Shown: positions 38,048 to 52,025 of the stretch, one piece after another | How the letters are laid out: every line of letters begins with the position of its first letter | Position numbering within the stretch: the first letter of the stretch is position 1 | DNA from: Schmidtea polychroa | Taxonomy: Eukaryota | NCBI GenBank assembly: GCA_044892525.1 | Contig: CM097885.1 | Location: 37,822,001 to 37,886,000, forward strand | Length of the DNA stretch: 64,000 bases | Direction: 5' to 3' | The notes under the pieces: model-generated | Database searches by the model: none | What the model was told of the DNA's origin: nothing | Seen by the model: only the letters and a program-made list of their open reading frames with translations | Made by a program: the position numbers and the translations under genes

Positions 38048-40627
38048 CCATTTTCCTTTGACTCTCTTGTCCTCTATTTTTCTGTCTAACAGCTATCTTA
38101 TTATTTGAGTCTTTAAGCTCTAATTGTTTCCTTTTACTCCGCTCTGTCTTTTTCCATTTACTTGGTTTTCTTTTTATTTCCCCTGCATGTTTCTTTTTAC
38201 TAATCTTCCGGGTTTTCCCCACTCTCCTGACTCTGGATGCGAAACACTCGCACTGGTCGATCTCCGATCGTGTGGTGATCAGTCACACGCAGAGATGTTC
38301 CAGTATATGCGATGGGCCCTGTTTCACATCTTTCGTCAGGACAGTTGGTACTTTCCTGGGCCTTATCCGCACTACGCTGAGCGTAGCTCATAGGTTGTGG
38401 ATTTCCAAAATCCTAATAGACAATGTTTTCCTTATTCCCTTGCTCTCAATTTTCGTAATACTTTATTCTCATTTTTACGTCGTGCTCTTAATCTACTTAT
38501 CTCGATTACTCTTGGTCCTTCCTCATTATTCTAAATATATCCACTTTTCTTGTCTGGTTAACGTTTCATTGCTATCGCTTTTACTCTCACCGCTTCGGTT
38601 GACTTGTTTCTCGTTAATATGCTCACTATTTCCTCAGGCAGGTCCCTCTAGCATCACTCGTTAATATTTGTTTATCCATTTTATTCGTTACCCTTCTATT
38701 CGTTAATGGTTTAATTATTAAACATCCCTGCTCAATTTTGTAATTTATCACGCTTCCGTATTTGTATGTTTTCCCGCACTTTGATTCTTTACGTTCCCCC
38801 TTAATTTTTTTTTGTTGCAATGTTTTCCGTTATCTTTCCGTTTCCGCGCTTCATTCATTGATTTTTGTGTTGATGCCTATTATTGTGCAAATCGTTATAT
38901 ATTTTGTTTTTAACTTATTCCCGTATCTGTATACTACTTAACTTTGGCTCTTAACCTTGCTTATTTGTTTATTTGTTCATTACGTCATTTTATTGTTCAT
39001 CTATACATACTTATACATGTACACGCATATACTTATACATATACCCTTATCCATACACATATATTCATATAAACATATCCACCTATATCCGGATACCTAC
39101 ATCTATACGCGTTTCTCTAATTGCTTCTGTCATTTCTGAATTTACCCCAAATTTATTATTCAAATTCCCACAATTGTAACTTTTTGTTCCATAGTAAAAG
39201 TAGGCAGTATGTTCGCTTTCCATAACTAAAACTTTTGTTCAATGTTTCTAATTGGTCTCATTTTTGTTAGTGTCTCTTGTTATTTTAATTTTCCGTGTCA
39301 TGATGTTAAGCTTTCACTTTCGTTCTATTTTATTGTATCGCGTTTCATTTTATATTTGTTGTTTCTCGTAATTTTGATTTTTCATTCGAATGTCTTTGAC
39401 CTTGCTTTCTTTCTGTGAATTTGTTACTTTTTGTTTCCTGTTTGTTCATTTCGTTTTGTGTTTTCCTTGTCATTTTTATCGTGTTTATTTATTCACATTC
39501 TATTTTGTTATATGTGCGCTCTTCATTTTCTGTCAATCATGTTTTTGTATAATTTTTCCCGATTGTTCCTATTATTGCTCATGTCCATTTTGACTTTCAT
39601 ATTGGTCTCCCGTTTGTTGTTATCTTAGTTTGTAGTTTGTTCTCATTTTCCTCCGCGTCTTCGCCAAATGTCGTCCCCGACATTCATTATTTGATTTATT
39701 TATTATCTTGTGTTCTCTCGGTTCTCAGTATTTTGTTCTCGTGTCCTCTCTACAATATTTGCCAAACGTCCATTTCTCTGATTAATTTTCCTTACTCTTA
39801 AATAAGTGTAGATTTTAATATTTTTGATTTTTCGCATTATTTTATCTTTGTTTATGGTGATCGGTCCTCTACTTTTATTATATATCATTTTGGTTGGGGT
39901 GTATACACCGATATATGCAATTATTTATATACGATTGGTCCTCTTTTTGGCACTCAGTTCTGCCATTACCGTCTCTTTTCAATGTTATGACCATGCTAAT
40001 AGTTCGTTGTTTTTTCTCCTTTGCGCAAAATACAGATACGGTGTTCTTCTGTTCATTCCACCTCCCTCTCGGAATATTTTACTCTTCATCTTATAACACT
40101 TTTCTATGAATACTATGCTGGATTTATTGAACTATTTGTACTTCATCTTCAGCTCCCTGCATTTTCCTTTTCCCGTCTGATATTCTCCGTTACATTCTGA
40201 CCATATCTTTCTCTCTTTGTTTTCCTCAGCTTTCTTAGTAGTTCATTTCTTGCATTTGGCTTTATCATTAGAGTTGTTCTATTTCTCTTCACTTTAGTTC
40301 AATTTTTCCTCTCTGGTCCTTGATTATTCTCTCACGAACAAATTCATTGTTCAAATTTTCGATTAGATTGTTCCTCCATGAGATTCCTTGCTTCTGTATA
40401 GCTAATGTTATTTACGATAATATGACGCTTTTCTGCTTCCATATTTCTCCTGTGGTGGTATTGGGATTGATTTCCATTGTGATCCGTTGTATTCTATTAA
40501 TTCACCTACATTGATTCCTAATCTTTTATCTGAATTTTATTTCATTTTACTTCCCGAAGTTATATAGTATATAATATATACTAATTATACCGCGCTGATA
40601 TATATACATATATTTTTATGTAATCAT

Positions 40628-42367
40628 TAGGGCAACCCAAAAGTTGCAAAAAAAAGTTGCAAAAAAACTTAAAAAGTTGCAAAAGTTGCAATAAAAGCTG
40701 ACTATAAAATAATATTAAATTTTTTATTATTTACTACAAAATATAAATATAAAATCATTAACGTAGAATTCCTTTGTAAACGGGAAAACAAGCAAAAATT
40801 CTTGATAATTCTTTGGTCTAATGTTTCGGATCAAATTGTTTTTATTCATCAACTGAATTGAAATAGCAGATAAAGTAATACGGAATATTATTTCCGTTAT
40901 AATTCCTGTCCTCTCTTAACATTCTTTTCAGCATTGAAATGCTCCTTTCCACGTCAATTGACGTTGGCTGGCAATTTTTTAACTGAGAATATGTTGCTGG
41001 CGAAATTTTGTCGTTAGACAACTCCAAAATGTTGTTTAAGTCGTTTTTAAACATTCTTTCCTGAATATAAGATTTCAAATTACAAGGGTCGTCTTTGAAG
41101 TCGAATTCATTTATTCTTTTAAATGCACTTTCAATTGAATGTTTTGAATCTTCAAGCTCATCAGCCAATACAACTAACCCCCTGTAACAATTAAATATTT
41201 CTTCCAACTCTTTTGTTATCGTTTCTTTAAAAATAGCCGTTTTCGCATTTTCGATCAATATTCCCTTTTGAGTTATTTCCTTGAAATGTAATTTTATTTC
41301 TGGCAGTATTTTAGAATAAATTAATGCAGCGCCAAGCCAACTTGACCATCGTGTTACAATAACATCTGGAATATTGCCTGCCTTAGAAAGAATTCTTTTA
41401 TTTTCTTTATTTTTTGCCGTTATTGACTTAATCGCAGAAATCATATTATCAGCATCTTTGTAGTGAATTTTTAACCGCATTGCACAATTATGAATTAGGT
41501 GCGCAATACATTTAATTGAGAAAAGGTTTGGATGCACGATTTTTAAATGATCGGCTGCTTTTCGCATGTAGCTAGCATCGTCGCTTAACAACAGCAAAAA
41601 TTGTTTACTTTCAATTTCAAGAATATCAAATGTTTCATTTATAATGTTGACTACAATTTGGTGGGTTATCGGAGCTTTCAGGTGTATTAAATTGGCCACG
41701 TAAACAACTTTAGGAGATTCGATTGTTCCTATTAATATCATGGCGTATTTTTCTAAGTTGATTGAAGTTTCATCCACAACAAGAAATATTTCTTTGTTTT
41801 TGACATAATCTTTCAATTTATTCAAAACTGCTGGGTATGTATTTTGAATAATCTATCTTCGCATACTCGATTCAGATGGAAGTGGATAGGTCATGAAATT
41901 AAAGAGCCTTTTGAGACTATTATTTCGTAGTTTGTGAAGCGGCAGGTCGATTGATATTAACGCGGTTGTTAATATTTCAAGAAATTCGCTCTTCTTCAAG
42001 CTTATAAAGTCTTGTTTAGCGGGTTCTTCGCTATTTAATTGGGATAATAAGGTGGAATGCTTAAAACTTCTTCGGTGTTTTTCAATCGTATATTTTCTTT
42101 TGTGGTCGACTGTTTTAGAACACAGATTGCAGTACAACTGATCGTTTGGGGCCATTACAAACTCCTTATTGTATAATGCACAGTATTTTCTAATGTTCGA
42201 ATTATTTTTCATGGTAAAAAAAATTAAAAATCTATATATGAATATATAATTTTTAAATCAAAAAATCTATATATGAATATATCATTTTTAAATCAAAAAA
42301 TTTCCAAAAAAAGTCAAAAGTTGCAAAAGTTGCAAAAAGTTGCAAAAAGTTGCAATGGGTTGCCCTA
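40628..42367 (-). mobile_element. Full-length hAT transposon; transposase 40842-42212 interrupted by one in-frame TAG
   Basis: 12-bp TIRs tagggcaaccca, perfect 8-bp TSD gtaatcat, subterminal aaaagttgc repeats. N-terminal C-x2-C...H-x4-H finger, VVDETS, LLLSDDASYM, CIAH, TRWSSW, TSIDVERSIS. ORFs 41853..42212 and 40842..41825 are in the same frame. Confidence 0.93.
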
Positions 42368-42494
42368 GTAATCATACACCTTTATATATTCATTGTTCAC
42401 ACTATATATATAGTCATAACCCTTTCTATGTATGTGGGTTCACAATTCGTGATATTTTCCAGGTCTCTTCCCACTGTTCTCAGTTTAGTGTACT

Positions 42495-42748
42495 CTGCCC
42501 TCCTTATCAAATAGACCGTAACTGACAAAACTACAAAAATCGAGTTAGAGGCGTCAACTGTATGCAGTTGCAATTAACCTTCATTCTGCTTAGCGATAAG
42601 ACCGTATCTATAAATGGATGAATATAAATGGACAAATATAAATGGATGATTGGTTTAGGTTAACTGGTTGGCAGAATTGAAAACACGTTTTGTTATTTAT
42701 CTCCTAAGTGTATTTTTGCAGTTACGGTCTATTTGATAAGGAGGGCAG
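42495..42748. mobile_element. MITE with 30-bp TIRs and apparent 4-bp TSD (TACT)
   Basis: ctgccctccttatcaaatagaccgtaactg and its exact reverse complement, with tact on both flanks. Confidence 0.88.
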
Positions 42749-45700
42749 TACTGTACTCTTTCATTTACAGTATATTTCACCCGTCTGGTTCTAATTGTTT
42801 CTCATTCTCTATCGTTGACGTTGGATAATTTTTCATAGTTCGTTCCGGTTATTAATATGAGCATCGTACGTATAACTGTCTTGTATATTCATATTACTTT
42901 GGCTAACCTTGAGCTTCCTGGTTTCTTTCGCTGGATCATTTGTCGATATCCACCACGTTATTCCGGTGTCTTGTGTATTTATTTTCATTAATTTCTTTAT
43001 TTACTTTGTTAACTTCCTGAGCCGTTCTACATAAATTTTAAAATTCATTTTCTACATATCCTTGATGTCTGTGATTTTCGCCTATTTTGCAACGTTGTCC
43101 AGTCAATTTTAATTTAGTTCTTGTGACTTTGACACGGGGATTTTCGATTTACTTCTGCTCACTTTTATACTGTGATTGTTATTAATGGATTATTCGCGAT
43201 TGTCATTATGTTAGTTCCCAAACAGTTTTTCTTTTCATTTGTCTTGCAGCCACGTTCAGTTCTTACTTTCATTCATTTACTTAACGCTTTTATTTATTCT
43301 ATGTTGATGACAAGTAGCTATCAGTTTACCAATGATGTTTCGATGCCTTTCATTGTATTTACTTCCTAGTCTCTTTTCATAGATTTTGTTGCCCCGCTCG
43401 GTTTCGCTCGATCTACATATCTCTTGGTATGTTTCTTTCTCCAGTACTGTGTTCATTCGGAAGAATGGGCGGGCACTATCCTTTTCACGATATTACTCAT
43501 TCTGAATTAGCCTTTGCAGAAGCTATATCTTAATGGGTGATTCAATTATTTCTATGTTAAGAACTTGATTACCATTCGTTTTGTTTAATATTTGGTGTTT
43601 TATTATTTGTTGTGCTTTGCTATATTTGAATGTTCGTTTAATTATCTTTTGCTGTTCCTATTTCCCATTTTACCATAATGTATTTTGACATCTTTGGATA
43701 CTATTCCCGATTTACCGATGGATAAAGAAAATAATGTGATGTGGTCAGTACCAAAATCATTTGCTTTCAAACTCTAACGCTATATTCATTTCACTCAAAC
43801 AACCCCATACCTGCCTTTCCAGAGGCATTCAATACTTACACCGAGTTACAATAGACAATCATCCCATATTTATTTTCTTATACATCATCTGGCCGACACA
43901 TACATGTAATTTAAAAAAGGTCACTCTATCCGTCTACCAATTTATTACTTCGGAAAAATCTTTTGAAAATTAATTATCACCAATTCAGAAATATTTATTA
44001 GCACAATATTCGAATACAAATTTTAATTTATTTTATTAACCATTAATTCTAATTAATCTTCCTATTTATTAATTATCAGTTAGTTAAATACTTACTCAAA
44101 GCAAACGCATTCAATTTCAATCTAAAATGCATATACTAAGATATACTAATCAGACGAATTTAGTTTATCCTATGCAATGTCAAAACCAACGATTGGGACC
44201 CGCCAATTCTGAAACTCGATGATATAACGTAACACAACACCATAAATGTTCCTTAGAAAGCAACCTGATAACTCCCTGTGTTGGCAATATCCACCATTAA
44301 CATTCAACACAAATATGACTAAGAGCACAAACAACCAATCCTCACACACACGTGTTGTAGTGGGCACTCACAGCAATGAAGAGTGGAAAATACAAAAATA
44401 AAAACAACTGAAAATAGTAAAAACAGGCATTTAAATATATACATGCCGTAAATAATTATTTAATTATTTTTAATTATTTTGCACAAAAACATGTTGTGCT
44501 TCAGACGTTTGAAATGCATGGTACAGACTTAACCGCATTTTAACAAACAGTTCATTGACTGTCTACAGTACTGAGAGTGTGTATGCATCAATTGTACATT
44601 GTGTTCCTCACTCTTTGCATTAGTCATGCATATATATCTGCAATTCCGAAATCCACACATTTGCACACACACGCGCCAGACCACGCTTACACACACAAAT
44701 TCAGCACACAAATTTTCGAGCAGCTACCACGCACTTCAAATCCAATCATGACAAAGCATACATGCATACAAGTCATGTCACACAAATTCGCACACCGGAA
44801 CCGCCGGCACATACATACACGATAAGTATACATGTAAAGATTGAAAAGCACAAAACCGATAAGTTCTAACTCATCTGGCGTTCATGCATGAGAGAGTTTC
44901 CATCTACTGATGACTCCAGTGCGGTAAAGATGATACAATGTGTGCAGGCAACCGTGACAATCAGCTCTAGACAATAGGCAAAGTGCACACCAGACATCAA
45001 ACCAAAATCATCACGGTTGAATAGGTTTTCACTTGAATGTCACACTTGACTGCTGTTATAATTCTGCAATTCACCAACACTCATCCGATAATCATGCTAC
45101 TTGGAAAATCAGTTTTGGTAGTTGCTACCAGCATATGCTTAAACCGGATCCATTGGGCGTGCTTGTTAAATGGTGCGTAAAATGCACATGCTTTGTGGCT
45201 TTCTGACTGATGTTGAGAAAATTTGTAATTCTACAGTTAATATTTGTTGGTGATGTCGTTTTAGATCTTGTCGTACTCACTGGAATCATTGTATAAATTG
45301 TCTAAATTGGAATCGAATTCAACCCGCTATGTCAATCAAAATTATGGTTATTGTAGATTCACAAGTACCTTCCCTATCGAACATTAGAATTAAATCTATT
45401 AATGGTGCGAACTGTTCTATATTAAAATTTGGATGTAATTGTCGAAACATCGAATTACTGAACTTTGATTTGTTTTTGTTTTTGACCTTCCGGCTATCTG
45501 AGATTCTCCATAATTTTCCATTTTAATGTAAATACTTTTATTACCAACATAATTTCTATTTTACATTTCGATTTTTTAATATTTCTACTTTATTTCTATT
45601 TTAATATAATTAATTTTTGCTCCAAATAGGCTTTTATTTTAAATTTCCGATTATATATATATATTTTTTTTTTAATTAATTTTATATCTAAGATAGTTTT

Positions 45701-45892
45701 TTAATTCCCCTTAATTTTTCCAATTTGATATTATTCCTTTTTTCGTAGTTTTTAGTTTTTTTTTGTTCTAGAATTCACAAAATTTCCGAGTAAGACCGAT
45801 TATTCTTTGTTCGCGGTTTTCCAACAAACGAAATTATATACATATAAATCCCGGTGAATTTCACATTAGTCAACAGAAATTTCAATCGAATA

Positions 45893-45910
45893 ATCCCGGC
45901 TGAGCCCCCA
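45893..45910 (-). other. Primer-binding site, tRNA-Pro type
   Basis: Minus strand reads TGGGGGCTCAGCCGGGAT, 7 nt from the LTR edge. The canonical Pro PBS is TGGGGGCTCGTCCGGGAT. Confidence 0.85.
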
Positions 45911-45917
45911 AAAATCA

Positions 45918-47910
45918 TGTTGGTTACTTAGGGGTGTGTCATTTTATATTTTAAATACGTCAGGGGTAATTTAGATATTCACTCGACTCTTTCCTAAGCA
46001 CCTCCATGACTCTTGCACCTTAAACCATTTGTGTACCCATGGCGACGACCATGTTGGTACTGTACACAAAGGTGAAAAAACAATGAGCAGGTGAGCTCTA
46101 TTACTAAAACTACTCCCCATTGTATTTTCTTTTCGGGTTCTAGACTGCCGATAGAAGGTCTTACGTCATTATTCACTATGTATGCTGTTTTTAGATCATT
46201 TGTGGTCCTCAATTAAGGGTATTTCCAACTGTTCCCTTGTAAATTTTTTTGCGCAGGGATCCGCCCTTATTGTCCATCTAATAATTATCGTTATATACTC
46301 CCTATAATATCCAAATTATCCTTCAAAAAATTTGAGCATGGGTTGGCCCTTATTCATAAGTTAATTACACATGTTTCCACACTTCTCATGAAAATTTGAG
46401 CAGGGATCTGCCTGTATTCAAATCCTGAACTATCGAATGTCTTAACTATTCGTGGTTTCTATCAAATTGCCTAAACCTACTTCCTCTACCGACAGCAATT
46501 CATAACTATTCTAAAATTTTTCCTAACTCAATAATACCTATGAAAATAAAAGTCCTACACTTTCTAACTCTAAATAGGGCCCTAAACTATCGCAAATTGA
46601 TTTTACCCCCTCTAACCGTTCATCTCCCTATCTATATTCCCTACCCCGATGGACTCAACTGGTAAAACATCTGCCGACTAACAGCACGTAGTGCCGCCCG
46701 TCCACAAACCTTCCCCAGTCCAGACCATCGACACATAAATATCCAGAAAAAACCCAACCTAAATTATCATATTATTCGAGAGGGACTAAATAACATACGC
46801 CAAACATAAGAAGTAATTCAAAACAAATTCCGTTAAAAATTTTATTAATTCCTAAAATTGTATAACATTAGACTTAACAACAACAAAATGAATAATACCA
46901 TACCAATATTAACAATTAACTTCAATTTAAAATAACATTATCTAAATAACCAAATAAATTAACTAAATAGTATTAACTAAAATTAACTTCAATTTAAAAT
47001 AGCATTATCTAAATAACAAAATAAATTAACTAAATAACATTAACTAAAATTAACTTCAATTCAAAATAACATTATCTAAATAACAAAATAAATTAACTAA
47101 ATAACATTAACTAAAATTAACTTCAATTTAAAATAACATTATCTAAATAACAAAATAAATTAACTAAATAACATTAACTAAAATTAACTTCAATTTAAAA
47201 TAACATTATCTAAATAACAAAATAAATTAACTAAATAACATTAACTAAAATTAACTTCAATTTAAAATAACATTAAACCTAACAAAATTACACTACACGA
47301 AACAAAAAATCAAATTTACCTCACCGCGATGGCATGGAATCGAAAATTGAGAGCATATGTTCATTGCCAGTAAATGAATTGTTGTGTAACCAGTTGAGCG
47401 TGAGAGTTTTTTAAATGAAATTTCACTCAGTATTTATACTGATTGAATTATACGCCTACGCAATATCTGCTGTTATATCCAATTAGAATGCGAGGCACTT
47501 CTGATTAATTTTTGCATGCATGAATGAATGTGTGCAATTATTTATTTTTTTAATTTAATTAATTTAATTAATCAAAATTCTAATTTTTATTAACTTTTAA
47601 GATTTATTTTTATAAATTCTATAATTTAAATAGTTTTTGCTAATTTTAATTTAGTTTTACAAGTTTTATAATTTAAATAAGTTCAGTTAATTTTACTTTA
47701 GTTTCATTAATTTAAACAATTTGGTTTTATAAGTTTTATAATTTAAATAATTTTGTTGGTTTTATTTTTAGTTTTCATTAAACAATTTAGTTTTATAAAT
47801 TTTATGGTTTATCTAATTTTACTACTTTTATTCTACTTTTTATTATTTTACCAGTTTACTAGATAATTTATTTTAAATTTTAAATTTATTTATTTAGAAA
47901 TTTTTCATAT
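45918..47910 (-). repeat. 5' LTR, truncated at its outer end
   Basis: Matches 31386-33244 except about 7 substitutions seen by eye and two extra 67-bp units. Lacks the ~270 bp present at 33245-33515. Confidence 0.92.
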
Positions 47911-47914
47911 AAAC

Positions 47915-49287
47915 AATTAGCAAATACTATTTAAATTATAGAATTTATAAAAATAAATCTTAAAAATTAATAAAAATTAGAATTTTGATTAATTAAATGA
48001 ATTAAATTAAAAAATAAACAATTGCACACATTCAATTCTAATTGGATATAGTAGCAGAGAATGCGTAGGCGTAAAATTCAATCAGTATAAATACGGATTG
48101 AAATTTCAGTTGTTCAACTTGTGAGACTGGTTTTTTCAGATTTACATAACAATTCGTTTTTAGGCAGTGAACATATGCTCTCAATTTTCGATTTCATGCC
48201 ATCGCGGTGAGGTAAATTTGTTTTTTTTGTGTAATGTAATTTTGTTAAGTATAATGTTATTTTGAATTGAAGTTAACTTTCGTTAATATTGGAATGGTAT
48301 TATTTAGTTTGCTGTTGTTAAGTCTAATGTTATACATTTTTATGAATTAATAAAATTTTTAATGGAATTTGTTTTAATTAATTCTTCTGTTTTGGTTTAT
48401 GTTATTTTTTGTTTTTTTTTGAATAATATTATAATTTAGGTTGAGATTTTTATGATATTTATGTGTCGATGTTCTGGGCTGGGGAAGGTTTGTGGATGGG
48501 CGGCACTACGTGCAGTTAGTCGACAGATGTTTCGCCAGTTGGGTCCATCGCGGTAAGGGATATAGATAGGGATATGAACGGCTGGAGAGGGTAAAATCAA
48601 TTTGCGATAGTTTAGGGCCTTATTTAGAGTTCGATAGTATGGGACGGCTCAGTCACTTTTATTTTCATAGATATTTCTGAGTTAGGAGAAATAATAGGAT
48701 AGTTATGTCCAGTTGTCGGTAGACAAAGTAGGTTTAGGCAATCTTATAGAAACCACGAATAGTTAAGATACCCGATAGTTCAGGATTAGAAATACAGGCA
48801 GATCCCTGCTCAAAGTTTTTATGAGAAGTGTGGAAACATGTTTATTAAATTGGGAATAAGGCCAGAACCCTACTCAACCTTTTGAAGAATTAAGTCACAT
48901 TTTCCACAAGACCCGCCGAATATATGGAACGACATTTATCGACAAATATTATAGAAAACACATAAGGATTTACGACAGAAAATTAAGGGTGCATCCCTGC
49001 ACAAAAATGAGGACCATAGCTGAATAAAATAGAAAAGTAGAAAGCAGAAATAGAAAATGATTAATAACGTAAGACCTTCTATCGGCCGTCTAGAACCCGA
49101 AGAGAAAATACAATTGGGAGTAATTTTAGCAATAGAGCTCACCTGCTCATTGTTTTTTCGCCTTTGTGTACATTGCCAACATGGTCGTCGCCATGGGTAC
49201 ACAAATGGTTCAAGGTGCAATAGTCATGGAGGTGCTTAGGAAAGAGTCGAGTGAATATCTAAATTACCCCTGACGTATTTAAAATAT
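47915..49287 (+). repeat. Older, diverged, oppositely oriented copy of the same LTR (3' portion)
   Basis: Reverse complement of ~45945-47645 with many substitutions and indels. ORF 49057..49239 mirrors ORF 45994..46212. Confidence 0.9.
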
Positions 49288-49608
49288 ATTATAGTGACTT
49301 ATTTGATAAATACTGGGTTTAAAAGAGTTAATTTTTAGCCAACAGACAACAAACAGAAAGATATCTAAAAGAAAGTCGGACATAGGCTTCCTATCTGCAG
49401 TCCGCGAACGTGCTCAGTGCCTGCCGATTATAGTGTACAAAGATAGGCTAATTTTTTCGCAAGTATTCACCAATTCGATACAGTTTAAACGTTGTTTACT
49501 CAACAAGTATCGAGCGCTATATAATCCTTGTATTCTGGGTTACGATGGAAACAGCGTGAAAGGGTGCAATGTGGGTTAACTGTAACCAACCAAAATTAAT
49601 GATGTCAC

Positions 49609-51797
49609 TATGAGGAAGATGAAAGATTCTAAAAGTTTTAATTAGAAATTTTGTTAAATTTTAAAAATATTTTTATCGAAGAATATTTTAATAGAAAGAT
49701 TGAAATTTGTTTAAATAAGAAACAAAAAACGACAAATTTTTTATTATTTATTAAATAAAATTTATGGAATTATTTAGTGATTTTCAAAAAAAATATTTTA
49801 ACGGATGAGAATCCTAATATTGTGGCAACGGTAAACACCAACGCGATCACCGAAAGATTGTTGCCAAAGGTGTTTTGTTAAGGTGATGACTTGGGAAAGT
49901 TCATTAGAAGATGCGAGATTTATTTCGATGCTAAAGGCATCAATAAAAAAGAACAGGAAATATTGACTGCATGTATGATCGAAGAGGATCTATTGGAGAA
50001 ATATGCAAAAACACTTAAAAAAGCAGAAGGATTTCAAGCCAGGTTACGAATGGCATTTGATTACGAAAGAGGCGTAATAAAGGATATGAAAAGTTTATTG
50101 AATTATAAAAGAAAAGGCGAAGAGATTGAAACATATTTTTAAAAAGTGGAGGACCTTGTCGACAGGTTGTTTGAGAATAAAGAATTCATCAAAGAGAAAA
50201 TAACAGCAAAGATGTGAATAGTATGTGCTGAGAATAAAGAAGTTGAGAAAGAAGTAATATTGCGGAAGATAAAAAGCACAGAAGAGATAAAGAAAACATT
50301 AATTTTGATGGATAAAGTGGAGAAACAGCGAGATCAGGTAAACGCTATGAAAGGTTACTCAAGAGAGGTCTATCAGGATCCACAGAGAAGAGGACAGTAC
50401 AAGCGGAAAGATGAAAGAGAAGATGGCAGGCTACGAGAAGAACCAGAGTGCTGGCTATGTCACAAAATAGGCCACACGAAAATAGACTGTCCAGTAACAT
50501 GTAAGATAGAGTGCTGGATGTGTCACAGAAGCGGACATATAAGTAGGAATTGTCCAGATAAAAAAGTGCCAAGATGTTTTGGTTGTGGGAAAGATTAATG
50601 AGGATAGTAAATTAAAGGAAATAATAACGAACAATGGAAACGTGTTTATGGCGGATATATGGGATGTGGGTCGCACGCATTTAGTAAAACATAAGATAAT
50701 TACAAGATGGGAACCGATAAACATAAAACTATATCGTCAACCATTAAATTTGGAAACAAAAATTGAAGAAGCAATACAAAATTTGTACGAAAATGGGATT
50801 ATACGTAAATGCAACACCCCATGGAACACGCCGTTAATCTACGTATGGAAAAAAGAGAAAAAGGATATTAAGCTATGCTTGGATTTCAGATAGCTGAACG
50901 CAGTAACAGAGAGGCAGACATTCCAAATGCCAAACATAGACAAATGTTAGATTTGTTAGGCGGGTCCGTTTTTTTAGCTCAATCGACCTTGGTAATACAT
51001 ATTACCAAGTAGAGTTAGACGAAGAAACGCAAGAGAAAACATACTTCTCAACATAGAAAGGGCAATACTGTTTCAATAGAATGTCGTTCGGAATTGCTGC
51101 AGCACCAGTTACGTTCCAGGAAATGATGACAAAGGTAATAGGCAAACTAAATGGAGCAATGGTGTATTTGGATGACATTCTGATTTATTCGAGCAGGAAA
51201 GAAAAACATACAATACTCAGTGAAGTAATTAAAAGCGATCGAGGAAGCAGGGCTAAAAAAATATTCCAAAAAAGTGTCAAATAATACAGAAAAAAATTAG
51301 ATTCTTAGGACACATAATCAGCAAAGAAAGAGTACAAACCGGTACTTTTAAGATTCAGGCTATACAAAACTTTTGGAAGCCAAGTTGCGTAAAGAAACTT
51401 CGAAGATTTCTAGGCATTTGTAATTATTATAGAAGATTCATCAGTGAGTATGCAAAGAAAGCAAGGATGTTAGAACAATGTAGCGGTTCGTGTAACAAAA
51501 AACTTGAATGGACTGAAAGAACGAATAACGTATTCGAGGGATTGAAGTTAGCTCTCACAACGGCACCGATCCTATGCTTTCCGGATCTGAGAAAGGAGTT
51601 CATTTAAGATACTGATGCCAGTTTTGATACCGTTAGAGCAGTGCTTTCACAAAGAGATAAAGATGGAAAGGAGAGAGTAATTGCGTATGGATCACACTCG
51701 ATGACGAGCCACGAAAAAGGATATTGCATTACAAGGAAGGAACTATTGGCGGTATATTATTTTTGTATTCATTTTAAGCACTATCTCTACGGAAGGG
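49609..51797 (+). mobile_element. Decayed Gypsy element: putative short LTR, gag with knuckles, RT, RNase H; 3' truncated
   Basis: Putative LTR 49609-49819 (tatgagga...tcctaata). CWLCHKIGHTKIDC, CWMCHRSGHISRNC and a cut third knuckle CFGCG; protease missing at the ~50594 junction. PWNTP, LCLDFR, MSFGI..AP.TFQ, VYLDDILIYS, VIAYGS...TRKELLAV. Many stops and frameshifts. Confidence 0.92.
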
Positions 51798-52025
51798 CCT
51801 ATAGAAAAAAGGCCATTGCTGCAGGGAGCCACTCATATTTTTGAAATTATTTTAGAAATTAAAATTTCTGGTTAACTGAGTGTTCCATTTATATTTTTAT
51901 TTCTAATAACTTTTATTATTATTTTTGAAATAATTACTTAATATTAGTAAATTTAATTAAAAATCAAGCTTTCAATATTTAAATCTATAAATATTTTCGA
52001 TAAGTTAGTCTTGGGTTATTATTTC

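Larger units (their letters stand above)
31386..47910 (-). mobile_element. Large non-autonomous LTR retroelement (LARD-like), ~16.5 kb including nested insertions
   Basis: Direct repeats 31386-33244 and 45918-47910, tRNA-Pro PBS on minus next to the right LTR, strongly A-rich minus strand, decayed gag-like ORF, no RT/RNase H/IN motif recognised. Confidence 0.88.

Noticed and set aside
34201..40514. Many hydrophobic F/L/I/S-rich plus-strand ORFs
   Set aside because: Artefacts of the T-rich antisense strand of an A-rich retroelement interior.
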